This document shows positions 54,057-62,255 of a stretch of DNA of 64,000 nucleotides, piece by piece. The position numbers and the translations under genes are program-made. The DNA comes from Cyanobacteriota bacterium (GTDB taxonomy: Bacteria > Cyanobacteriota > Cyanobacteriia > Thermostichales > Thermostichaceae). The DNA is taken from positions 1 to 64,000 of the forward strand of contig JANRIL010000005.1 of NCBI GenBank assembly GCA_033764955.1, given 5' to 3'. The notes below the pieces were generated by a model that was not told where the DNA came from, did no database searches, and was given only the letters and a program-made list of their open reading frames with translations. The stretch's first letter is position 1. The number at the start of each line of letters is the position of its first letter.

Positions 54057-54141
54057 AGCGTTGCCCATTACCCGCCGCAGAGAACCTCTGTCTGATAACT
54101 GACCAATTTTCAGCAGTCGGCATGCATGGGTATGGTTATGC
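54057..54141 (-). other. attC, degenerate
   Basis: R'' GCATAAC at 54135-54141, CCCAT/ATGGG arm pairing; R' corrupted. Confidence 0.55.
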
Positions 54142-54192
54142 ACCGATCGCCTACGGACGGCTACTACAACAATGGGATCCCATTCTCAATGC

Positions 54193-54636
54193 TCATGAAT
54201 TGGATCGCCCTAGATCGAATAAGAACATCACATGGTCGCTTGGTGGTTCTGGACTGCCAATAGTTGCATAAAGGCTCATCGCTGCCGTATTATCGCGATC
54301 GGTCAACACCCAAGCGAATTCACAATTTAACTCCCGTCCTACCATAAGTATTGCATTCATCAATTGCTTCCCGATACCTTGCCGCCGATAGTTTTCTGCA
54401 ACACCAATTTCATTAATCCACAGTTCTGGACAAGGCTTGTCAGGATGAACATAATGAACAGCTGATACAAACCCGATGACAAGATTGCCATCAGTTGCGA
54501 CACCTAAATGGTGGCGAGGATCGCCGAGAAACTCAATAGCTCGTGGGATATTGATTGGGTGATCGAATACATCCGGATCGACGTTTTTGAGAATATCCAC
54601 ATCGCTGTGGTTGAGAATTTTGATTGTGATCGCCAT
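54193..54636 (-). CDS. GNAT acetyltransferase (cassette 6)
   Basis: WINEIGV...RRQGIGK, N.AA..LY. Confidence 0.88.
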   Translation of the reverse strand: MAITIKILNHSDVDILKNVDPDVFDHPINIPRAIEFLGDPRHHLGVATDGNLVIGFVSAVHYVHPDKPCPELWINEIGVAENYRRQGIGKQLMNAILMVGRELNCEFAWVLTDRDNTAAMSLYATIGSPEPPSDHVMFLFDLGRSNS

Positions 54637-54713
54637 AGTATCTTCTATGTAGATTCCCCTCACTTTAATAGATTATGGCCGATTCCCTGGCTCAGTCATC
54701 CATTGGACGAGCT

Positions 54714-54801
54714 GCATAACGTTCCGGTTGAGCGGCTGCCGATAACCTTTGCCACCTTACTAATCAACTTTATTCAGTCCGCTCCAACCGGGCTGGCAGG
54801 C
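54714..54801 (-). other. attC with mutated R''
   Basis: R' GTTATGC intact; arms GGTTGGAGCGG/CCGCTCAACC pair; R'' reads GCCTGCC instead of GCCTAAC. Confidence 0.8.
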
Positions 54802-55181
54802 ACGCTTCGCCGCCAAGATATAAAAGTCAAAACCCAATACAAAAAGCCAACCAGACCGCCGCCATAAATAAGACCTAAAGATAGCACCGAGTTAAATGTA
54901 TAGTCTGGGTGATGTTCCAATAACTTGTGTAGCCCAGCATGAACTATAAGAAATGTAGTAAATGCAATCCGTGACCAGTGCCGAATACTTAGAGATTCGT
55001 TATTTGTTAACCACAGGAGTGCTGCAATCAATGGTATGTGAATAACCACAAAAGTAAATGATGCAATATGTTCAGGCAAGCTTCGTAGTATAAACAGCAA
55101 TCTCCATTCTGATTGCGTCATGGCATCAAGTTCGTGAGTGATGAGCGTCGCAAAGCCTAAGTGAAAAAGCAGGTTCCCCAT
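54774..55181 (-). CDS. Small membrane protein (DUF6713-like) (cassette 5)
   Basis: THELDAM..EWRLL, HIPL, HAGLH; four TM segments. Confidence 0.7.
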   Translation of the reverse strand: MGNLLFHLGFATLITHELDAMTQSEWRLLFILRSLPEHIASFTFVVIHIPLIAALLWLTNNESLSIRHWSRIAFTTFLIVHAGLHKLLEHHPDYTFNSVLSLGLIYGGGLVGFLYWVLTFISWRRSVPASPVGAD

Positions 55182-55272
55182 AAAATATTAGATTCCTCTG
55201 TTTGGACTTTACAACTGGGGGAGTGGCTAAGATTTTTACAAAGCATGATACTTCTCTATCATAAATTCTGCT

Positions 55273-55327
55273 GCCTAACGACCTAGCTCCCCACGCCCGC
55301 CAGATCAGGTGCAGCGCCTGGTTCGGC
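55273..55327 (-). other. Short GC-rich attC
   Basis: GCCGAAC CAGGC GCTGCAC...GGGAGC TAGGTC GTTAGGC. Confidence 0.65.
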
Positions 55328-55342
55328 ATGCCCACTACAACT

Positions 55343-55686
55343 CTAACTGCTTGGGCGATTGACGGGAATCAATTGTCCATGAAGATCAGGTATTGGCTGG
55401 ATTGTGTTGTGAATCCGTCTCGCCTGCCCTGTGAAGTCGGGATCAACGGTGCAGACAATAACGCGCCCGCATGCCTCGAATCCTGGTTATGCAGGCGGAT
55501 GAAGTCTCTCCGGTTGAGGGTCAGTACTGCTCGATCTCCCGAGATCGCGAGTTTAAGCACTTCAGGATCAGCAACTGCCTCGCTCGCTCTCCCTCGTTCT
55601 TGGATCGTGACCACGTCGTGTTCCAGAGACCGCAGCCCCTCAACAACCGGGATCGGAAAGTTCTCATTAGAGTACATGCGAGCCAA
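55343..55686 (-). pseudogene. DUF5615 PIN-like toxin, frameshifted (cassette 4)
   Basis: YSNENFP..HDV..LTLNRRDF..HAG; an extra GC at ~55464 shifts out VIVCTVDPDF..RIH..QLIPVNRP*. Confidence 0.8.
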
Positions 55687-55688
55687 GA

Positions 55689-55976
55689 CTACTCCTCTTC
55701 GTTCTCGCGGATCTCCTTCTCGATCTCAATCCGGTGCCTGGCAGCATACGACCATGCTTGGACAAGGTCAACAGCTCGCAGAGTGGGGTAGCTGCGAAGG
55801 ATGTCGATCTCAGAGGCTCCAAGTTGCCGCATTCGCTCAACCGTCCACACCGGGATTTGCGTGCGGATAAAGCGAGCCGCCCCACCACAGACGCTTGGAG
55901 TCGCAACGATCGAGGGGTGCTCTTGGGCGTGGTGCTGCGGAAGCCATCTGAACATGAACGGATGGAATGGGAGCAT
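55689..55976 (-). CDS. DUF433 antitoxin (cassette 4)
   Basis: TPSVCGG.A...TQIPVW..GAS..IL.SYPTL..L..AW.Y; N-terminus uncertain. Confidence 0.8.
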   Translation of the reverse strand: MLPFHPFMFRWLPQHHAQEHPSIVATPSVCGGAARFIRTQIPVWTVERMRQLGASEIDILRSYPTLRAVDLVQAWSYAARHRIEIEKEIRENEEE

Positions 55977-56121
55977 CTGCTACGAGAGAGCGAAGGTAAG
56001 TTCTTCGCTCTCAACTGGGTTCAGTTCAGCGATCTGAATCCATAATTCGGTTAAGCTTCAGCATAAATCTACCTGAGCTTCCGTGCTCTATTATCAGTCC
56101 GCCACAGATCAACGGAAAGCC

Positions 56122-56180
56122 ACCGAACGGTCGCGCTCACCCGCCGTGAGTCATCTATCACGCTCACAGGATTGTTATGC
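56122..56180 (-). other. attC, degenerate or chimeric
   Basis: R'' GCATAAC and R' GTTCGGT both match neighbouring cassette ends, but the arms do not pair well. Confidence 0.55.
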
Positions 56181-56209
56181 CGTTCGTAAGTGGATCTAAT
56201 TAGACGTTG

Positions 56210-56641
56210 CTAACTGAGAGCAGGTGGTGCAAGACTTGGTGCAACTTCTGGATTGGGCAAAGCAGGTAAAGGTTCTTCAGAAGTTGGCATATCAAGATGC
56301 TGTGTGTAAATCACTTGATAGAGTTGGGGTTCTGACTTAACCACAAGCCCTTGAAGACGCTGCAAATGATCAGCAAAACCAGGGCTATTTCGCATCGCAA
56401 CATAATCTTCCACAGAGGTGAAGTGAGCATAGTTAGCTGCCCGTGTGCGATCCAGACTAACGTGTAAATTAGCTGTGTAACCACCTGGGAATTGACCCTT
56501 TAATCGCTTATACTCACTAACCTGTGTAGCGACAAATTGTTCCGTCTTATCAGGATTAAGTGTAAATATATTGATCAGTACAATGCCATTGCCGACGTGA
56601 ATAAGGTTAACCGGAAATCCATTTTCTAACTGTATGTCCAT
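56210..56641 (-). CDS. ABM-like monooxygenase/dimeric barrel protein (cassette 3)
   Basis: LINIFT..P..Q, PG...ANLHVSLD..RAANYAHF. Confidence 0.75.
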   Translation of the reverse strand: MDIQLENGFPVNLIHVGNGIVLINIFTLNPDKTEQFVATQVSEYKRLKGQFPGGYTANLHVSLDRTRAANYAHFTSVEDYVAMRNSPGFADHLQRLQGLVVKSEPQLYQVIYTQHLDMPTSEEPLPALPNPEVAPSLAPPALS

Positions 56642-56664
56642 AAATCTACTCCTGCGATACTAGC

Positions 56665-57402
56665 TTATAGAATTCCGCCATTGACTTGAATTGTTTGACC
56701 ATTGACCCAACGAGCATCATCAGATGCCAGAAATGCAACCACATCTGCGATATCAGTAGGCTGTCCAAGCCGTCCTAGTGGAGTTGATTGGATCAACTGG
56801 TTTAAGGCATCAGCAGGCATAATTAATCCATCCGTTTCAGTAACGCCTGGTGATACCAAATTCACAGTGATACCCCGATGCCCTAACTCTTTAGACAGGG
56901 CAAAACTAAATTGTTCGATCGCAGCTTTACTAGCAGCGTAGACTCCTCCCATCGGAATACTTTGCTTGGTTGCACCACTAGACAGGCTAATGATGCGTCC
57001 ACCATCACTAAGATGCTTTGCCGCTTCTTGCAAGGCAAAAAATGTTCCCTTAGCATTGGTGTTGAAGACCCGATCGAAATCAGATTCAGTCATGTCAATT
57101 GTCGGTTTGTAAACAGATACGCCGACATTGTTGACTACGATATCAACTTGACCAAATATGTCGAGAATCTGAGCAAATAGATTTCGGGTATCTTCAATAC
57201 GACTGGTGTCTGATTGAATCGCGATCGCTTGCACTCCATTGCTCTGAATGCCAGCAACTACTGCTTCTGCTTTTTCTCGGTTGCCTGCATAGGTGATTGC
57301 AACTTTTGCACGCTCACGCCCCAATCGTTCGGCGATTGCTCGCCCAATCCCCCGCGATGCGCCCGTAACCAACGCTACTTTCCCTTGCAATGAAGACATC
57401 AC
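56665..57402 (-). CDS. SDR family oxidoreductase (cassette 3)
   Basis: TGASRGIG, VNNVG, YAASK, PG.TET. Confidence 0.93.
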   Translation of the reverse strand: MMSSLQGKVALVTGASRGIGRAIAERLGRERAKVAITYAGNREKAEAVVAGIQSNGVQAIAIQSDTSRIEDTRNLFAQILDIFGQVDIVVNNVGVSVYKPTIDMTESDFDRVFNTNAKGTFFALQEAAKHLSDGGRIISLSSGATKQSIPMGGVYAASKAAIEQFSFALSKELGHRGITVNLVSPGVTETDGLIMPADALNQLIQSTPLGRLGQPTDIADVVAFLASDDARWVNGQTIQVNGGIL

Positions 57403-57473
57403 TTTGTTTCCTTATTCTGAAACACTGAAATTGACCAATAACAAGGTATGCTTTTACTGATTTTTTGGGAAGT

Positions 57474-57491
57474 ACTTACTTTTTTGTAAGT
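57474..57491. promoter_or_regulatory. HxlR-type operator palindrome
   Basis: ACTTAC-TTTTTT-GTAAGT between the divergent sdr and hxlR-like genes. Confidence 0.6.
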
Positions 57492-57517
57492 CCCTATTGC
57501 TCATCAGGTATAAAATC

Positions 57518-57850
57518 ATGCAGCCAGAGCAAAACGACGGCACACTATTTGTACAGGCGACACTAAAAGTTCTGGGTGGAAAGTGGAAGCTTTTAATTTT
57601 GTGGCATCTAAAAGATTCAGCAAAGCGGTATAGCGAACTGAAGCGCTTAATTCCTGAAATCACTGAAAAAATGATGATCCAGCAACTTCGCGAACTAGAA
57701 CAAGATGGAATTATTAGCCGTAGAATGCTTTCAGATATGCCACCAAAAGTCGAATACGCTTTCACAGCCTATGGCATAACGCTCATACCCATCTTTAAGC
57801 CCTTGTGCGAGTGGGGGCAAGAGCATCTAAAACGTATCAGTACTGATTGA
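57518..57850 (+). CDS. HxlR family regulator (cassette 3)
   Basis: LGGKWKLLIL, RYSEL, QLRELE.DG, PPKVEY. Confidence 0.92.
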   Translation: MQPEQNDGTLFVQATLKVLGGKWKLLILWHLKDSAKRYSELKRLIPEITEKMMIQQLRELEQDGIISRRMLSDMPPKVEYAFTAYGITLIPIFKPLCEWGQEHLKRISTD

Positions 57851-57854
57851 GACA

Positions 57855-57941
57855 GCATAACGGCTCAAATCAGCGGCAGCAGACAACCTTTACGACTCTA
57901 CCAGGGGCTTTCAACCGTCCGCTGCATTTGAATTGTTAGAC
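57855..57941 (-). other. attC (intact, 87 bp)
   Basis: GTCTAAC...AAATGCAGCGG/CCGCTGATTT...GTTATGC with extrahelical bases. Confidence 0.9.
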
Positions 57942-57996
57942 ATCGTTTAACCTGTAGTATCTTTACAAGGGTTTGAATAACAACTCTCGTCAAACA

Positions 57997-60588
57997 TCAT
58001 ACTTGCACTTGCTGCTGCACCTGTAAAGATGCTTGAGCTTGGACAAATGAGTTGTAAATAGCAATTTCCGAGTTGACAATCTCAAAACTAATAGTTAAGG
58101 CGTAAGGTACTTGAGCAGTTAAATCATTATTCCAGCCTTTATGCGCTACAATCGCTATACAGAAGGTATCTCGCAAGTCGAAAGATTTGACTACTGCCCA
58201 ATCTTTTTGAATTGTTCCAACTCCTCTGGAGGTATCCTTAACTCGTCTACTATGATTTTTTTGCTGCCCAAGCGTCCAATCGAATAACCCCGATCCATCT
58301 TCTTGATCTTCAGAGGCTTCGTATTTTTCAAGAACCCTAGCTAGAAACTTATCTGGTGATTCTTCTTTTTGGCTACATTCCCAATGTAACCAAGTAGATA
58401 AATATTTACGTTTGTTGCGTCGTGTTCGACGTGGTTCAGCTTTGTAAGAAAGCGTAATCTCAACAAGAATATCAAAAGCTTCTGCCGGAGACTGTAGCTC
58501 CTCTGGAATAATTACTTGGTAGATATGTGCTTGCCGCGCTCGGATGAGACTGTCCCCATTAGTAATCAATGTCACACGGTTAGGTGCATTACCAAGTGCA
58601 CGTTCAAGATTGGGCAAACCATATCCCATCATACGAATGGCTGGTGAAAGATCGAGTTCATTATTTGTCCATGAAGGTAATCGTGCTGACTGCACAATCA
58701 AAGCTTTATAGAGCAAACAGCTTTCCTGAGGAAAATTAGATGCTAATGCTGCTGCAATATGAGTAACTTTAGGTGCTGCGAAGGAAGTCCCTATGCTATC
58801 TGCTGCGATCGCTGGTGCTCCCCCCATCGTTGTCCGTACTAACTCAGGGCAAACATCTTTAGGTGTAGAAAAGCTGGGTGGATTTCCTTCATCCTTAACC
58901 CAATCACCTCCATATTCAACGACTTCAGGTTTTATCGAATCCCAAATGCCGTAGCCTGTGCAAGAAAATGCTGAAGGATAATCTTGTGATGCTACAGAAG
59001 TGAGAGGTGGATTATTGTAGGTGCAGTGAGCAATTGATCCCACTGTTAAAGCTTGAAAACTTTGAGCAGGATTCGCGATACGAGACGAATCCTGCAACAG
59101 AAAGTTTGGATATGTACATCCTTTTTGGAAATATTCTGTGAGCGTTCCACGAGTGATACTAAGCCCTACACCTCGCCCTCTAGGAAGGTTTCCTGCTGAA
59201 ACAATAAATAGAATATCGTTTAGCCATGTAAGGTAATCTATTTCAGCCGCCCAAGCACTCATGTAAGTTCTTCGACAAGGTGCAGAACTATTAATTGAAT
59301 GATTAAAGATGCGAGTGCCTGTTTGACCATGATAGAAATCCACAATGTACTTTAAGACATCTGGCATGTATAGTTTGTCCGGAAGCAGGCAATTCTGCCC
59401 TAAAACTCTAGCGTTCTGAAGCCAACAAATTGCCCTCTGTCGTCCAGTACGTGGAACTCCTTGAGGATATAAAACTGCTCCAGCGACTCGGGTGCCATGA
59501 CCACCGTCTGATACACGGTCTATTGTTTGGTCAGTCTCATAAGGAATCCAAGATCGCGAGTTAATACTATCTATAGCAACATGCAATAAGCGGTGACTTT
59601 CTTGAATACCACTGTCAACGATGCAGATTTTTGGAGCCAATGGAGATGGTGGATCAAGGTTAAAAGAGGATTGGTCAGGTGTTTCTAAGGTGCGCTCGAT
59701 TAATGGCTCAGCGGCCTGTTCTCGCTCTATGACCTCAAAAACATAGGGATAGTTCGTAACTAAATCTTTCAAACCCTTGCCAGAAATTTCGATCCGGCTA
59801 GAGAAGCTGTCAGGCAGCAGTGCAAGATGCGAACGATCATCATGATCACCAAGCAGAAGAAAATTTCCACCAAGATCTCTTACAAAATGTTCAAAATCAT
59901 TTTCTCTATCAAGTTGCAGCCTTTCCCATTCCTGTAAGGTTTGGTCACGCCTATCAGTCCATCTAGCAATCCTATGAGCATACCTCTCAGGATCTTCATT
60001 CTCATCTTGACGAGGGTAGTCCGAAAACCTAGAATTTAGGCCGACACAGGCAATACTGACATCAACCGTGTAAGTTTGACCATCTAGAATCTGATCCCAC
60101 TTAGAAAGTAAATCTGGTGAAAGAATATATTCTAGACGCTCAAACTTACCTTCTAGAATTTCCCAGATCTCAGCGACCTTCCCTCCGCCATGTTCTTCAG
60201 CAATAAACTTCTCGATTTTTTCCTGAAGTTTAGTCAACTCAGCATCAGCCGAAGCACCAAGGATATAGCCATCCTCAAGCTCAAGAATAACTTCGATACC
60301 AAAGCTCTTGAGGGTGTCTGCATCAAATGATTTTGGATCTACTTGAAGCAGAAACGAAGGAAGATTTGGAATGTCTGGCATTCCTTCTTGCTGACGTTTC
60401 TCCAAGGTAGCCTTCCAATCAGAAATAATTGATGATACAGAAGACTTAAGCCTCCCACCATGTCCACCTGCATCTCCTCGATTGGCATTAGAGCGATCAG
60501 ATCGCCGGGGTGGCCTTCCAGGACGTGCAAAATCTGTTTTTGTGAGTCTTAGTGGAATGTGCTTGAATTGTTCCGATCGCTCAGGCAT
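57997..60588 (-). CDS. S8 subtilase-family serine protease, IetS-like (cassette 2)
   Basis: Triad IVDSG / HGT / GTSFAAP, SAGN oxyanion; 8-bp overlap with the ATPase. Confidence 0.9.
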   Translation of the reverse strand: MPERSEQFKHIPLRLTKTDFARPGRPPRRSDRSNANRGDAGGHGGRLKSSVSSIISDWKATLEKRQQEGMPDIPNLPSFLLQVDPKSFDADTLKSFGIEVILELEDGYILGASADAELTKLQEKIEKFIAEEHGGGKVAEIWEILEGKFERLEYILSPDLLSKWDQILDGQTYTVDVSIACVGLNSRFSDYPRQDENEDPERYAHRIARWTDRRDQTLQEWERLQLDRENDFEHFVRDLGGNFLLLGDHDDRSHLALLPDSFSSRIEISGKGLKDLVTNYPYVFEVIEREQAAEPLIERTLETPDQSSFNLDPPSPLAPKICIVDSGIQESHRLLHVAIDSINSRSWIPYETDQTIDRVSDGGHGTRVAGAVLYPQGVPRTGRQRAICWLQNARVLGQNCLLPDKLYMPDVLKYIVDFYHGQTGTRIFNHSINSSAPCRRTYMSAWAAEIDYLTWLNDILFIVSAGNLPRGRGVGLSITRGTLTEYFQKGCTYPNFLLQDSSRIANPAQSFQALTVGSIAHCTYNNPPLTSVASQDYPSAFSCTGYGIWDSIKPEVVEYGGDWVKDEGNPPSFSTPKDVCPELVRTTMGGAPAIAADSIGTSFAAPKVTHIAAALASNFPQESCLLYKALIVQSARLPSWTNNELDLSPAIRMMGYGLPNLERALGNAPNRVTLITNGDSLIRARQAHIYQVIIPEELQSPAEAFDILVEITLSYKAEPRRTRRNKRKYLSTWLHWECSQKEESPDKFLARVLEKYEASEDQEDGSGLFDWTLGQQKNHSRRVKDTSRGVGTIQKDWAVVKSFDLRDTFCIAIVAHKGWNNDLTAQVPYALTISFEIVNSEIAIYNSFVQAQASLQVQQQVQV

Positions 60589-61624
60589 GAGAAGCTAAAA
60601 CGTCTTGAATTGATTCTTCTAGATGCTCTTGGATGACTAACTCTTCTCGATCCAGAATGGCTCGTTTCGCAGCATCTTGGGCAACCCTGACAACCTGTGC
60701 AGCAGAGAAATTGATCATCTTCTGAATAATCGAGTTCCAATCGATTGAGCCAACTTCAACCGAAGAGAGTGTCTGCTTCAGGATAACCTCAATTTCTCGC
60801 TCTGTCGGTTTTGGCACTTCAATAGCATCATCAAATCTTCGCCATACAGCTTCGTCTAGAAATTTAGTTAGATTAGTTGCAGCAACAAGCAAACCATTTG
60901 AAACCTCGTACTCGTCAAGTAGTTGAAGGAACGTGTTGACTACACGTTTGATTTCACCAACTTCCTGGCTATCTTCACGGGACTTAGCAAGCGCGTCACA
61001 TTCATCAATAAAAAGCAAACAAGGCGATGCAGCAGCTGTTTCAAATACTTCACGCAGGTTGGTCGCAGTTTCTCCTAAGTATGAGGATACCATTGCATCA
61101 AAGCGAACCTTGATCAAGGTTAAACCTGTGTTCCAAGCAATCCGTTCGGCTCCCATCGTTTTGCCGCACCCTGGAGAACCATAAAGTAAAATCTTTTGGC
61201 GATACCGTAAACCATGATGAGCAAGCCGATCACGAGCAGCATATTCCCGTTCAATACGGCGGAACCGTACTTCCACAGCATCAGAAAGGATCATATGATG
61301 CCGCAAATTCTCACGGGGAATCGTAACAATAAACGGATGATTGAATCTATGCTTGCTCGATAAGAGGGTGAGAGAGCGTGTGTCAGACGCTTTTGCAGCT
61401 TTCTCTAAGGACGCTGAAGGATTTGCTCGTACAGAACCTGATGATGATTTTTCAGATTTGGCAAGATTGGTGTTTTTCCGCAGAATGCCTTCGAGTTGGC
61501 TAGCAAGATTGATATGCCCTAGCTTGCGTTCTTCCTCTACTACGATGGCCAGCATACTCTGTATCGCCCGTGAGTCGTCACTGGCAACAGCACGGAATAA
61601 ACGTTTTAGCACCTCTCCCTTCAT
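60581..61624 (-). CDS. AAA+ ATPase, IetA-like (cassette 2)
   Basis: GSPGCGKT, FIDECD, ATN..LD.AVWRRFD. Confidence 0.9.
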   Translation of the reverse strand: MKGEVLKRLFRAVASDDSRAIQSMLAIVVEEERKLGHINLASQLEGILRKNTNLAKSEKSSSGSVRANPSASLEKAAKASDTRSLTLLSSKHRFNHPFIVTIPRENLRHHMILSDAVEVRFRRIEREYAARDRLAHHGLRYRQKILLYGSPGCGKTMGAERIAWNTGLTLIKVRFDAMVSSYLGETATNLREVFETAAASPCLLFIDECDALAKSREDSQEVGEIKRVVNTFLQLLDEYEVSNGLLVAATNLTKFLDEAVWRRFDDAIEVPKPTEREIEVILKQTLSSVEVGSIDWNSIIQKMINFSAAQVVRVAQDAAKRAILDREELVIQEHLEESIQDVLASHA

Positions 61625-61744
61625 TCTTCGACCCGTCGCCCACAACCATACAGTTCCACTCTTACAATACCTAAACCTCCCGAAATCTTATGAAAACTTT
61701 ACAAAATTAAAATGTGTGCTCTTTGATTTGGTGTTGGCAATGAT

Positions 61745-61831
61745 GTCTAACGTTCCGGCTGAGCGGCTGCAAGTAACCTTTGCAACATAACCAGTATCTT
61801 TCAACAGTCCGCTCCAGCCGGGTTGTTAGCC
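61745..61831 (-). other. attC (intact, 87 bp)
   Basis: GGCTAAC AACCC GGCTGGAGCGGACTG...CAGCCGCTCAGCC GGAAC GTTAGAC. Confidence 0.92.
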
Positions 61832-61859
61832 CCTTGACTGGGCTTTGCTGAGCAGATCT

Positions 61860-62255
61860 TTAAGCAATATGCCTAAACTCAAATTCTCCATTTACAACCT
61901 CAACTAAGATGATTAATCCACGCCCTACTGATTTAGCAAATTTGAGAGCCAAGTAAGCTTCTACAACATTTTTACCAATACCTACAGAAAATGTGGCGAC
62001 TAATCCTGAATGGATTTTAATAAGCTTTTCGATAAAAGATTGGTAACTTTTCACTTCAACTAGAAGACTGTCACCTCCTTGTAAATATGTTTTCCCTCCA
62101 ACACTATCAGCGGCTAAGCGGATACTATCGACCGACTTATTAACGGAATGACTATATTCTATTAATTCATCCAGTTTATTAGATATGATCAGTTTTTCTA
62201 TCTTGCGACCTACCAGATCTCCATCAATAGCAACGAAAAAAGATTCTATAGTCAT
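61860..62255 (-). CDS. mCpol (minimal CRISPR polymerase, Cas10/GGDEF-like palm) (cassette 1)
   Basis: 131 aa; IDGD.VG, GGD, TFSVGIG..A.LAL..AK..G signature. Confidence 0.82.
   Translation of the reverse strand: MTIESFFVAIDGDLVGRKIEKLIISNKLDELIEYSHSVNKSVDSIRLAADSVGGKTYLQGGDSLLVEVKSYQSFIEKLIKIHSGLVATFSVGIGKNVVEAYLALKFAKSVGRGLIILVEVVNGEFEFRHIA

Noticed and set aside
55328..56045. Several plus-strand ORFs (up to 180 aa) over the toxin-antitoxin cassette
   Set aside because: Antisense shadows of DUF433/DUF5615 in GC-rich DNA, with no motifs
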